Of a stretch of 64,000 bases of DNA, positions 30,822-40,724 are shown piece by piece; positions within the stretch are counted from its first letter, which is position 1, and the number at the start of each line of letters is the position of its first letter. The position numbers were made by a program, and so were the translations under genes. The notes under the pieces are model-generated. The model was not told the DNA's origin. It did no database searches and saw only the letters and a list, made by a program, of their open reading frames with translations. This stretch comes from Halobacteriota archaeon (GTDB lineage: Archaea > Halobacteriota > UBA148): NCBI GenBank assembly GCA_042577985.1, contig JBHPDI010000001.1, positions 2,334-66,333 of the forward strand. Reading direction: 5' to 3'.

Positions 30822-32354
30822 ATGTCAGATATTATACTAATCCAACCGAAGGCAGGGGTTTATGAGATAACTAGTATCAGGATGCCCTTGCCATGTTTGT
30901 CGATTGCCGCCCTCCCGGATCGAGATGGCTATAATGTAAAAATTATAGACCAAAGAACAGATAAAAATTGGCAATCAAACCTTATCAGTTCTCTTAAATC
31001 GAAACCCATTTGTGTTGGTGTGACCAGCATGACAGGCCCACAGATTGGGTTTGCTCTGGAAGTATCCAAGTGTATTAAGGATAACTCAGATGTTCCTGTG
31101 GTGTGGGGTGGAGTCCATCCTTCTCTGTTACCTGAACAAACACTGGAAAACGAAAATATAGATATAGTTGTGGTGGGGGAAGGCGAAGCCACTTTTTTTG
31201 AGTTAGTTGCTGCATTGGAAAAAGAAAAGCCTCTGGAAGATGTGAAAGGAATATGGTATAAACAGGATGGCAAAATTAAAAGAACTCCTCCAAGACCATT
31301 TATGGATTTGAACGCCCTCCCTGATATGCCCTATCATCTTGTAGATGTGCATAAATATTCTGCCTTTGATCTAAGCGGAACAGGAGAACAGGCCCTTTCG
31401 GTTATGACCAGTCGGGGCTGTCCATATGGTTGCAGCTTTTGTTATAATACGGTTTTTAATAAACGTAAATGGAGAGCCTTAACGGTAGAGAACTCATTAA
31501 AACGGATAAAAAATGTTGTGGACAGTTTTGGAGTTAAGTCGATTTACTTCCCTGAGGATAATTTTTCATTCGATCTTAAGAGATTTGAAGGGATTATCAA
31601 AGGAATTATAGATGAAGGGCTGGACATAACTTGGGGTTCTCAGGGGATCAGGATGGACTCTGTTGGGAAGATGAGCCATGAACTTCTATCACTAGCTGAG
31701 AAAAGCGGCTGCAAGAATCTGGATATTGGTATCGAATCAGGATCACCGAGAATCCTGAAACTAATAAAGAAAGGAGCAACTGTTGATCAGATTGTAGCAG
31801 GGGGTAAAAAACTTTCCGAGCATGATTTTATAGTAAAATATAATTTTATGATGGGGATTCCAACAGAGACAAAAGAGGAAAGGAAAGAGTCGTTGGACCT
31901 TGGCTCAAAGTTAATCAAAGAGAATAAGAACGCATATATGCTGTTTCATATTTATACACCATTTCCTCAGACTGAACTCTATAAGTTGGCATTAGAAAGC
32001 GGTTTTAAATCTCCGTCCACACTCGAAACATGGGCGAAGTTCAACTATCTCGACTGGACATATAATTACGATTCGTGGTTATCCGATAAAGACATAAAAA
32101 TTTTAGGCAATTTGTCTTTCATATCTCGCCTTGCTAACAGGAATATAAGGTATAAAATTACAAACACATTTATTAAAACAATGTTTGACTTGTATTATCC
32201 GATAGCCAAGTTTAGGCTCGATCACAATTTCTATTATTTGTTTATCGAAAAAGCAGTGGAAAAGAGTATGAGACCGGTATTACTCAAATATATGTCACAA
32301 ATTGGTAAAAAATATACGAATGAACCTTCAGACATTTCCGCTAGAGATGGTTAG
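30822..32354 (+). CDS. Cobalamin-binding radical SAM enzyme
   Basis: WGGVHPS, GEGE, TSRGCPYGCSFC, GIESGS. Confidence 0.9.
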   Translation: MSDIILIQPKAGVYEITSIRMPLPCLSIAALPDRDGYNVKIIDQRTDKNWQSNLISSLKSKPICVGVTSMTGPQIGFALEVSKCIKDNSDVPVVWGGVHPSLLPEQTLENENIDIVVVGEGEATFFELVAALEKEKPLEDVKGIWYKQDGKIKRTPPRPFMDLNALPDMPYHLVDVHKYSAFDLSGTGEQALSVMTSRGCPYGCSFCYNTVFNKRKWRALTVENSLKRIKNVVDSFGVKSIYFPEDNFSFDLKRFEGIIKGIIDEGLDITWGSQGIRMDSVGKMSHELLSLAEKSGCKNLDIGIESGSPRILKLIKKGATVDQIVAGGKKLSEHDFIVKYNFMMGIPTETKEERKESLDLGSKLIKENKNAYMLFHIYTPFPQTELYKLALESGFKSPSTLETWAKFNYLDWTYNYDSWLSDKDIKILGNLSFISRLANRNIRYKITNTFIKTMFDLYYPIAKFRLDHNFYYLFIEKAVEKSMRPVLLKYMSQIGKKYTNEPSDISARDG

Positions 32355-32360
32355 TCCATA
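32348..32360 (+). repeat. 13-bp inverted repeat, left copy (TGGTTAGTCCATA)
   Basis: Exact reverse complement of 56495-56507; lies at the + to - strand switch. Confidence 0.8.
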
Positions 32361-32433
32361 TTTATTTGTGAAGAAATCTAAAGTATAGTTTGGTAAAAAA
32401 CAGAATAAAATTATGCTTTCCAATAAAAAATTG

Positions 32434-33354
32434 TTATTCCTGCGATTTCATCTTCCACATAAATGGAATCCCAATCAATGATACCAGCCAATACCTAACA
32501 ATAGAAAATAAGATGCCAACACCCAACAATTTTTCTGGTGCAGCAAACCCTGAGAAAAGAAAAATAATGGCCGCATCACGAGTACCCATACCGCCCAGTG
32601 TAACTGGAATCAATCCAATGAAAATTGCAATTGGGATATTAGCCATTGTGAAGAACAAGGGAACGTTAATTCTCAATGCATAGAAAAATATTAGGGTTTG
32701 TAATATTGATATACTCCAAATTAAAAGAGAATAAGAGAGAATAATCGAAAATACTCTTTTATCTTTCGTTAGTAATTTCGTAGAAAGAATCAGGTTTTGA
32801 ATTTTTTCATTCCATGAACTCTTTATCGGCAAGCGGAAATTAAAACCAGCGTGTGCAAGAAGAAATATTGCAATTATGAAAATGAAGATGCTTAACGCAA
32901 TAAAAGCTAACTCATATTTCTTACAAAACGTCATGCCAATTAAAGAAAACAAAACAAGTGTAAGAAAATCAAACATTCTCTCGGTTATTACGCTGCCAAC
33001 TGTTTTACTTGCTGGAATCTTATTTTTTAAATAATATGCCTTGATAACATCTCCTGACTTGGAAGGAGTAATCGAAGTTAAAGGAAGAGCAGCCATTATC
33101 AAGTTAAGGCATTCTTTGTATGGTAATTTATAGCCCATTATTTCTAAGATTATTTGCCATCGTTTTGCAATGATAGGTATGATCAAAAATAACAATAAAA
33201 GCGCAATAAGCAGATAAAAGAGATTAGCGTGCGATAATACATCCATAACCGAATAAAAATCTATTTTTGTGAAGATGAAGTAGAAAATGGCTATTGTGAT
33301 GGCTAATACAATAACCGATTTCAATACTGAACTGCTGCTCCTTTTCAATGTCAC
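32434..33354 (-). CDS. Lysylphosphatidylglycerol-synthase TM-domain (UPF0104) flippase-like protein
   Basis: RW..IL, PSKSGDVIKAY, ERMFD, PVTLGGMGTRD. Confidence 0.85.
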   Translation of the reverse strand: MTLKRSSSSVLKSVIVLAITIAIFYFIFTKIDFYSVMDVLSHANLFYLLIALLLLFLIIPIIAKRWQIILEIMGYKLPYKECLNLIMAALPLTSITPSKSGDVIKAYYLKNKIPASKTVGSVITERMFDFLTLVLFSLIGMTFCKKYELAFIALSIFIFIIAIFLLAHAGFNFRLPIKSSWNEKIQNLILSTKLLTKDKRVFSIILSYSLLIWSISILQTLIFFYALRINVPLFFTMANIPIAIFIGLIPVTLGGMGTRDAAIIFLFSGFAAPEKLLGVGILFSIVRYWLVSLIGIPFMWKMKSQE

Positions 33355-33493
33355 TCTTCCTTCTCCTTCTACATCTTTTAAAATCCCTCTAATTATAACT
33401 ACTTTTTACTTTTTTTAAATCAATCTTTATATACTTACTATTTGCTATAGAATTAATAAATTGTATGATAACAATAACGAAAGGGGAGGATGT

Positions 33494-35218
33494 ATGACAA
33501 AATCAATTCCAAAGATAGTATGCGGAGCATTTACGATGTATTTATCCTTGGTGATTTTGGTAGGTTATTATATGGACCACTTTGGTTTTTCGCTCACGAT
33601 TGGCAGAATTATTTTGCCTTTACTTGCAATTTCTATTTTCTATATTGGTTTTAAATTTTTTAAGCATACTCCAATCTCTTACGAATTCGATAAAACATAT
33701 ACCCTAATATTTTTTACAATATTAACTGTATCATTCATCTATTTTTTGTTGCCTTCTCTACCCTCTTTCCTGCCTTTAGGCAGTAATGTGGACGCCCCCC
33801 AAGCGTATGCAATTACAAAATTAATTGCTGATACCCGTTCCTTGTTGTTGCACCAAGATTTTATTTGGTTGGATTATCAACCGGTATGGAAGGTCTACCC
33901 ATTTGGGTTGCATCTAAATGTTGCAGTTATTTCGTGGATTTCAAATATACTCCCTATCAAACTTATATATCCATTTATGTGTTTGATTATTTCAATGTCT
34001 ATTGCGGGAGTATATGGAATAACAGTGGAATCAAAAATAACCGATAACAAATACCTTGCTGCCATTCCAAGTTTTTTACTGGTAACTTTTGTTCTTCTTA
34101 ACCTCCAGATGAGGTTAGGGGGCCCATTCCCACGACTCTTTGGTGCTTTTTTGATAATAATGTTCGTGTGGTTCCTGATGGATTATGTCAAAAGACCTTC
34201 ATTATTATCGGTGATTCCGCTGATTTTAATTGAATGTGCCGTGATTAATAGTTATCCCACTTTTTCAATAATACCCATTGCAATGTTTACTTTTGCATTA
34301 ATTTTTGCGATAGATCAAAAAAAGATAAAAATACCTCATTTCATTTTGTTTAATGTTATTGTACTTCTGTTGTCCATTTCTTATGTCATCTATTTTTATA
34401 ACACGACTGCATACCTTACAAATACTGGAAATCTAGATGTAATAAACCAACCTAGCACCATGGGAATACAAATAATGCCATTCAATCCCTGGTTAAGCGA
34501 TCAGTCCATCTATGTGAACTTGGCTAACATGGCTGCAACGTTATTTTTTGTTGTTTCCATTCCGGGGTTTTTATTACATTTTACTGACAAAAAAGCCAGA
34601 GAACTCATATTATTTTATAGCATTGTATCATTACAAATATTGGCATTCCTAGTTCTTGTTTTTCTTATTAACATGCGATTGATGCCAATAAATAATACAA
34701 TCTATGTGCTGATGTACCCTGCCGCTATTGCTATATTTCTTGGGATAAAAAAAATTTTTGATATTGAGAATATATCAAAGAAATTTAGTGCAATTGCATT
34801 TGTCTGCATGATTTTATTAACATTCGCAACTGCGCCTGTTATGTCTCTCGGATGTTCGACAGGTCTAACAGGCAGAGAGGTGGGTATTACTCAAGACGAA
34901 TATGATACTGCTCTGTGGGTTAAAAATAATATTGGTGAAGATGTTTCAGTTTTAGCAGATCCGGGGGCACAGTTCTTCTTCTTTGTAGCATCAGAACAAA
35001 AAAACATAACATTAATATATTCCTCTTATGAACACTTGAATAAAGAATTTAGAGAATGGCAAACGCAAGCGAAATCCGGTGATATTGTAGTAGTATTAAA
35101 TATATATGCAGTTAGTTCGGCCATTGTTTTACATCAGGATAATACCGTGGACATAGATAATACTACATATGAGATTTTATATCCTAAGGGAGTTTGTTAC
35201 GTTTTGAGGTATATCTAA
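33494..35218 (+). CDS. Polytopic membrane protein, probable GT-C fold glycosyltransferase
   Basis: ~13 TM segments; first external loop with VDAP..Y and YPFG.H; C-terminal soluble domain (W..NN). Confidence 0.55.
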   Translation: MTKSIPKIVCGAFTMYLSLVILVGYYMDHFGFSLTIGRIILPLLAISIFYIGFKFFKHTPISYEFDKTYTLIFFTILTVSFIYFLLPSLPSFLPLGSNVDAPQAYAITKLIADTRSLLLHQDFIWLDYQPVWKVYPFGLHLNVAVISWISNILPIKLIYPFMCLIISMSIAGVYGITVESKITDNKYLAAIPSFLLVTFVLLNLQMRLGGPFPRLFGAFLIIMFVWFLMDYVKRPSLLSVIPLILIECAVINSYPTFSIIPIAMFTFALIFAIDQKKIKIPHFILFNVIVLLLSISYVIYFYNTTAYLTNTGNLDVINQPSTMGIQIMPFNPWLSDQSIYVNLANMAATLFFVVSIPGFLLHFTDKKARELILFYSIVSLQILAFLVLVFLINMRLMPINNTIYVLMYPAAIAIFLGIKKIFDIENISKKFSAIAFVCMILLTFATAPVMSLGCSTGLTGREVGITQDEYDTALWVKNNIGEDVSVLADPGAQFFFFVASEQKNITLIYSSYEHLNKEFREWQTQAKSGDIVVVLNIYAVSSAIVLHQDNTVDIDNTTYEILYPKGVCYVLRYI

Positions 35219-35240
35219 TTTTTAATGTAAAATGTGAGAA

Positions 35241-36542
35241 TTAAAATATTCGCACCACTGTGAAAGATAAACATAGTCCTGCAAGAGCAAATGCAATGCC
35301 AACTATTATACTTCTTTTGATATATGTGTAGTGTTTGCTATTATAAATTAAGTATTGAGTTATTAGTGCGCCACCAATCAATATCAAGGCAATATCTGCC
35401 ATGTATATGTAGGGATATTTATCTAATGCCCCAATGTATGATTGGTAGAACTGAGGTGCCACAACTATTGTTATTATAACCCAAGATGCAGAAAGATACA
35501 TGATTATTTTTGATTTCCACTCCTCAAATTCAAATCCTTCTAACAATAAAAAAATTGGAAGTATAAAACCTACATACCGTAGCTGACCGTATCCATAAAC
35601 AGGAAATATGCTAATCAATAAATAACCTGCAACTCCCCATGCTAAAAGTGCTGCAATTTTATCTTCATTTTTCTTATAATACGTCCACATAACCAGCAAC
35701 AATAGCGCAGTGACCACAAAATAACTGAGCTGCGCATATACAGAGATATCTCCCCATTTTATTCCTGGATAATGATGCCAATATATAGAACGAACATCGG
35801 TGTTCATCAAGCCGTATGTAATTTTAGTGTACCAATTCCATCCTATATAGGTTATTCCGCCTGCCAATAAGGGAAATATATTCTTGAATTTACGTTTGAA
35901 TATGAAGTCATATAAAAATAGTCCCCCTGCAACAACAAAGCTAAAACGAGTAAGAATACCTATAGAATACAAAAAGCAGCTTATCGTATAGTTTTCTTTT
36001 AAATAACAATAAACCAAAGCTAAGCATAAAACATAACCTAGGGGTTCAGATAAACCAATAGTTCCCCATGCCACAATAAAAGGATTTAGAGTAACTACAA
36101 TTGTGCATAATTTAATCTTTGTTTTTTCTTGAAAAAGTTCAGATGAGGCCAAATATGCAAGAATTGGAGTTGCTACAATTAAACAGAAACTATTGATTAG
36201 TAGCATTGACTCCTTAAAAGGAAAAATCAATGACAAAATCCTAATGCAAAAAGGATAAAATGGTGGGAATCCCACAAATTCTGGTATATAGTATCCATTT
36301 TGAGCTATTCCCAAATAAAACCAACCATCCCACACAGATGCCAAATCACTAAGGGCATCATGTGGGTAATAACCCCAACCCACGCCACCATAACCAAGCG
36401 TAGAAAAAACAATAAACATGCGAGCCAAATGCAAAAAAAAGGAAATGATTATTAAACCAAGTAAAAACTTATAGTCCTCTTGAAATTTCTTTTTTCCTTT
36501 CTCAATAACCCTGCTTATCATATGATTTATGGCATAAATCAT
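35241..36542 (-). CDS. GT-C glycosyltransferase (PIG-V/mannosyltransferase-like, uses a polyprenyl-P-sugar donor)
   Basis: WDGWFYLGIAQNGY, FPPFYP, SEPL, LTR motifs; polytopic. Confidence 0.75.
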   Translation of the reverse strand: MIYAINHMISRVIEKGKKKFQEDYKFLLGLIIISFFLHLARMFIVFSTLGYGGVGWGYYPHDALSDLASVWDGWFYLGIAQNGYYIPEFVGFPPFYPFCIRILSLIFPFKESMLLINSFCLIVATPILAYLASSELFQEKTKIKLCTIVVTLNPFIVAWGTIGLSEPLGYVLCLALVYCYLKENYTISCFLYSIGILTRFSFVVAGGLFLYDFIFKRKFKNIFPLLAGGITYIGWNWYTKITYGLMNTDVRSIYWHHYPGIKWGDISVYAQLSYFVVTALLLLVMWTYYKKNEDKIAALLAWGVAGYLLISIFPVYGYGQLRYVGFILPIFLLLEGFEFEEWKSKIIMYLSASWVIITIVVAPQFYQSYIGALDKYPYIYMADIALILIGGALITQYLIYNSKHYTYIKRSIIVGIAFALAGLCLSFTVVRIF

Positions 36543-36565
36543 TTTTTAGTTACCCTTCCTTTCTG

Positions 36566-38221
36566 TTACCCTTCCTTTCTACCACATATTAAAATATCAC
36601 AACCTACTCCTAGTAACTCCAATCTTTTTTCTAATCCTTGTAAAAGAGCCAATAGCCTTTCAGAATTTAGTAAGGCGATAAAGGGCGATAAAACAAAAAG
36701 AGTTGAGACATGATAGACGTTGACGTCATTGTCTTTTAGAAGTTCTTTCAACTCCTTTGGACTGAATATTCTTAGATGTTGTTCAGCATAGTTCCGTCCC
36801 TTCCCAAAATGATCCCAAAAGAACTCTATTAGCGACCAGAGAGAGTTTGAATTGGGCATAGTAATGCTAACTCTCCCGCCTGGTTTTAGTATGCCTGACA
36901 CCTCGGCAATCATTCTCTCTGGCTCTGGTACATGTTCTATTATATTTCCCAATATTGCAACATCGAAAGTATGGGGCTTAAATGGCAAGTTTTGAGCATC
37001 TGCAACAATAAAATTGGTTTTTTCATTTCCTCTACTTCTCGCATATAGAACACCGGGGCGACTCAAGTCAAATCCAACTACTTTACCCCCAAATTCTGTG
37101 CACTTACGTGAAATCACACCAGACCCGCACCCCATATCTAATATGAGTTCATTTTGTCCAATTTTAGTGTTTTCAAATAAATTCTTTATCCTTCTTCTCT
37201 GCCAATGCCTCTGTATAAGAATATCTGAATTATATGCGATTTCATCAATGTCCCCCTGTACCTCTTCATATCTTTCCCTCAAACCTGTGCCAGTGATTTC
37301 TGAGATGAAAAAGCCCTTAAGCCCAAGACAGTCAACAGAAGTGTTCATAACTCTAACTATTACTGCAAATGCTACGCTAGCACTGATCGGAACTCCAATC
37401 AAACTAAACGTTTCTGATATCCCAAATTCTTGTATTCCAAGCCCAGCTGAGGTGAAAGGTACCATTGATAGGGCAGTAAGAAGTGGGTTTAAAAACAAAG
37501 ACTTCAATATACTGAGATCGATACCAAGTGCCCTGCCTATCATAAACCACTCAAAACCCCTTAAAATCCATCCTAAAAACGAGATTGAAAGAATCATGGG
37601 AATAAAGCCCCTAACCTTAGCTGATTCTTTCTGTACTTTCAGAATGAAGCTGCCTATTCTATGCTTCTCAAGTATCTTTCTGATTCTGTCTGGGATATGT
37701 ATGTTGAAGAAAGTTAAAGCAACCACAATAAGAAGTGCGACTATCATTAGACCAATCGAAAGAACTCGAAGGATATAGCCCGGTATGCCTATCAAGCTAA
37801 GTATCATTAACACAGCTACCGCGCCAAATACGACCTTTAATATGAGGTCGAACACATAGCAATAAGAGATAGTAGATAACGCAGCCTCTGGTTTAATCCC
37901 TCTTTTTTTAAGTGGAACCAATGAGTACATATATCCCGATCTTGCCGGAGTAAAATCTGAGACTATCATCCCACACATATGTGCCCAAAAAACTTGCCCC
38001 AGCCGTATTTTCTTATCCACCTTTTTAAAAATTATATGTAATCTGTATGCCATAATAAAATTGTTCAAGAAATAGGCTAATACAGCTAAAGTCAAAAATA
38101 GAAAATTAAGGTTTGTAAGAATTTCAGCGACTTCCTCGAAATCTGTGGTGTACACAATTGCTATTACAATTGCAATCCCAATGAGGATCTGGATTATAGT
38201 ATATCCTTTATTTTTCATCAC
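36566..38221 (-). CDS. Fusion: UPF0104/LPG-synthase-type flippase domain plus C-terminal class I SAM methyltransferase
   Basis: N-terminal ~300 aa: TPARSG, PFTSAGLGIQE; C-terminal: ILDMGCGSG, DAQNLPF, IIEHV, LKPGG; one uninterrupted ORF. Confidence 0.85.
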   Translation of the reverse strand: MMKNKGYTIIQILIGIAIVIAIVYTTDFEEVAEILTNLNFLFLTLAVLAYFLNNFIMAYRLHIIFKKVDKKIRLGQVFWAHMCGMIVSDFTPARSGYMYSLVPLKKRGIKPEAALSTISYCYVFDLILKVVFGAVAVLMILSLIGIPGYILRVLSIGLMIVALLIVVALTFFNIHIPDRIRKILEKHRIGSFILKVQKESAKVRGFIPMILSISFLGWILRGFEWFMIGRALGIDLSILKSLFLNPLLTALSMVPFTSAGLGIQEFGISETFSLIGVPISASVAFAVIVRVMNTSVDCLGLKGFFISEITGTGLRERYEEVQGDIDEIAYNSDILIQRHWQRRRIKNLFENTKIGQNELILDMGCGSGVISRKCTEFGGKVVGFDLSRPGVLYARSRGNEKTNFIVADAQNLPFKPHTFDVAILGNIIEHVPEPERMIAEVSGILKPGGRVSITMPNSNSLWSLIEFFWDHFGKGRNYAEQHLRIFSPKELKELLKDNDVNVYHVSTLFVLSPFIALLNSERLLALLQGLEKRLELLGVGCDILICGRKEG

Positions 38222-38224
38222 ATC

Positions 38225-38938
38225 TTATTCCCCAAATAATGATTTTAAACTTAACCTTAATTTTAACACTACTATTGGATACTCTATAATAATTTTAATA
38301 TTTGATTTAGATAATCCCTTCGCCCTGTTCCTAAATATTATAGGTATCTCTTTCATTGTAAATTTTTTCTGCTTAATTTTAAAAAGAGTTTCTGGACCTA
38401 CACTATATCCTTTTGAAAAGTAATTATCTAAATTTATTGATCCCAAAACCTCTTTTCTGTAACACTTATAACCTCCACTACTATCTTTTACTTCTAGTCC
38501 TAATATTATCCTGTTATATATATTTGAGATGTGACTTAGTAAGATATTCTTAAAATGGCAGTTTATAGAGTTCCCACCTTTAACGTATCTAGAACCGATA
38601 ACAACATCATACTTTTTAATTTCTTCCAAAAACCTTGGGATATCCGCAGGGTCATGAGAAAAATCCGCGTCCATTTCAAAAATACAGTCTACATTCTGTG
38701 TTAAAGCGTATTTAAAGCCCGTAATACCTGCTGTCCCTCTCCCACGCTCATTACGATGAATAACATGAACCATGCCAGCATATTCTTTTGCCAATTTATC
38801 AGCAATTTGCCCTGTACTATCTGGAGAGTTGTCATCCACAATCAAAATGTTTACATTTTTATTTTTTAATATCTCTCTAACTATATCTTCAATGTTTTCT
38901 TTTTCATTGTATGTAGGAAGCATCACTATCGCTTTCAT
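38225..38938 (-). CDS. Polyprenol-phosphate sugar synthase (DPM1/Ppm1-like GT2, soluble)
   Basis: PTYNEKENI, VDDNSPD.TG, MDADFSHDP, IGSRYV.GG. Confidence 0.9.
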   Translation of the reverse strand: MKAIVMLPTYNEKENIEDIVREILKNKNVNILIVDDNSPDSTGQIADKLAKEYAGMVHVIHRNERGRGTAGITGFKYALTQNVDCIFEMDADFSHDPADIPRFLEEIKKYDVVIGSRYVKGGNSINCHFKNILLSHISNIYNRIILGLEVKDSSGGYKCYRKEVLGSINLDNYFSKGYSVGPETLFKIKQKKFTMKEIPIIFRNRAKGLSKSNIKIIIEYPIVVLKLRLSLKSLFGE

Positions 38939-38957
38939 TTAATAGTATCTCCTCTGA

Positions 38958-39605
38958 TCACTTGACATTGCCCTTTTCCCAATCATTAAGAAATTGTCTT
39001 ATTCCAATATCTGTCAGAGGGTGTACAATCATTTTTTCAATAACATTAAAAGGAATAGTGGCAACATGTGCACCAGCTTTTGCTGCCTCTATCACATGCA
39101 ATGGATGTCGAATGCTCGCAACGATGACCTCAGTTTTTATATTGTAGTTATTGAAAATCGTTATAATCTCCCTTACCAAGTTCATTCCTTCATGACCTAT
39201 ATCATCTAACCGTCCAATGAATGGACTGACATAACTGGCACCCGACTTAGCGGCAAGCAATGCTTGATTCGCTGAGAAGATTAACGTCATATTCACTTTA
39301 ATATTTTCCATGTTTAATATTTTCGTGGCTTTTAACCCTTCTTTGGTTATGGGAATCTTTACAATAATATTTGGTGCCAATTTTGATAATTTCCTTGCCT
39401 CTTCGACCATCTCCTCTGTCCTTAAACTAATAACTTCAGCACTAATCGGTCCATTCACGATGCTACAAATATCCTTTAGCAGTTCCTGAAAATCCATCTC
39501 TTCTCTGGCTATTAGGGTTGGGTTAGTTGTCACTCCATCAAGTATCCCTAAACCATTAGCCTTCTTTATCTCTTCGATATTCGCAGTGTCAATAAAAAAT
39601 TTCAT
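38958..39605 (-). CDS. tal: Transaldolase (short type)
   Basis: DTAN, GVTTNP, VKIP; SAEV (Glu) and SPFIGR (Phe) indicate transaldolase rather than fructose-6-P aldolase. Confidence 0.9.
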   Translation of the reverse strand: MKFFIDTANIEEIKKANGLGILDGVTTNPTLIAREEMDFQELLKDICSIVNGPISAEVISLRTEEMVEEARKLSKLAPNIIVKIPITKEGLKATKILNMENIKVNMTLIFSANQALLAAKSGASYVSPFIGRLDDIGHEGMNLVREIITIFNNYNIKTEVIVASIRHPLHVIEAAKAGAHVATIPFNVIEKMIVHPLTDIGIRQFLNDWEKGNVK

Positions 39606-40162
39606 TTCCAATCACTATCCTCTAAAATCCATTTAGCAGCGGCATACAAATCGGAAGCGGTATAATCTATATTTTCATTTTTTTTCACGCTTTGAACACG
39701 CCCAGTTAGAACTAATATCGTTTTACAACCCATTTTAATCCCAGGTACTAGGTCTGTCATCTTATCCCCTATTACGTAAGATTCTTTTAAGTCAATATCC
39801 AAATCATGCGCTGCTTGCTTTAACATACCTGGATTTGGCTTTCTGCAATAACAACCAACATCTGGATGATGTGGACAATAATATATAGCATCTAAAAATG
39901 CTCCTTCTTTAGATAATTCCTTTTCCATCTTTTGATGAATATTTATCAGCATTTCTTCGGTAAAATATCCACGCACAACACCGGCTTGATTTGTAAAAAC
40001 TACAACCTTTAAACCAGCATTATTCAATAATTTAATTGCTTCCCCCACTCCTGATATAAGTTTAAACTCATTTGGATGACGAGGAGCAAACTGATTAGAC
40101 TCTGGATGAACTACTTCTTCATTGGTCGTCCCGTCCCTATCCAAGAATACTGCTCTATTCAT
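39602..40162 (-). CDS. gmhB: D-glycero-D-manno-heptose 1,7-bisphosphate phosphatase
   Basis: [17 protein letters not shown]...C.CRKP.PGM, IGDK..D. Confidence 0.9.
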   Translation of the reverse strand: MNRAVFLDRDGTTNEEVVHPESNQFAPRHPNEFKLISGVGEAIKLLNNAGLKVVVFTNQAGVVRGYFTEEMLINIHQKMEKELSKEGAFLDAIYYCPHHPDVGCYCRKPNPGMLKQAAHDLDIDLKESYVIGDKMTDLVPGIKMGCKTILVLTGRVQSVKKNENIDYTASDLYAAAKWILEDSDWK

Positions 40163-40724
40163 TATCACCACCAAAAAGCTCTTTTTCAACAATGTCACAA
40201 ATAATATGCCCTATCGTAATGTGTGCCTCTTGAATTCTAGGAGTGTTGCTCGATGGAACCTTTATGCATAGATCAACAACTTTAGCAAGTTCACCTCTTC
40301 TACCAATAAAACCAATTGTTATTGCACCTTTTTCTTTGGCAGTTCTTATACCTTTTATAACATTTGGGGAACTACCGCTGGTGCTGATACCTATAACAAT
40401 GTCGCCACGCTCAACCAGTGCTTCGACTTGTCTTGAAAAAACATTATTATATCCATAGTCGTTTCCAATGGCTGTTAGAATGGATGTATTAGTAGTGAGT
40501 GCGATTGCTGGCAATCCCTTTCTTTCCAACATAAACTTGCTAACTAGCTCACACGCTATATGTTGAGCATCTGCTGCACTTCCACCGTTCCCAAATAAAA
40601 CAACTTTTTTTCCATTTTCATAAGCTTTAATAATCCTCTCACATATTTTCTCTATTTCAGCGCTTTGTTCACGAAGTTCCATTTTAATTCTTGCACCCTC
40701 CTCTAACATCTCACTTATCTTCAT
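40155..40724 (-). CDS. gmhA: Sedoheptulose-7-phosphate isomerase
   Basis: GNGGSAADAQH, GNDYG, STSG.S, IQEAH. Confidence 0.95.
   Translation of the reverse strand: MKISEMLEEGARIKMELREQSAEIEKICERIIKAYENGKKVVLFGNGGSAADAQHIACELVSKFMLERKGLPAIALTTNTSILTAIGNDYGYNNVFSRQVEALVERGDIVIGISTSGSSPNVIKGIRTAKEKGAITIGFIGRRGELAKVVDLCIKVPSSNTPRIQEAHITIGHIICDIVEKELFGGDNE

Noticed and set aside
38958..39605. Fructose-6-phosphate aldolase (fsa) call
   Set aside because: Diagnostic Glu (SAEV) and Phe (SPF) residues fit transaldolase
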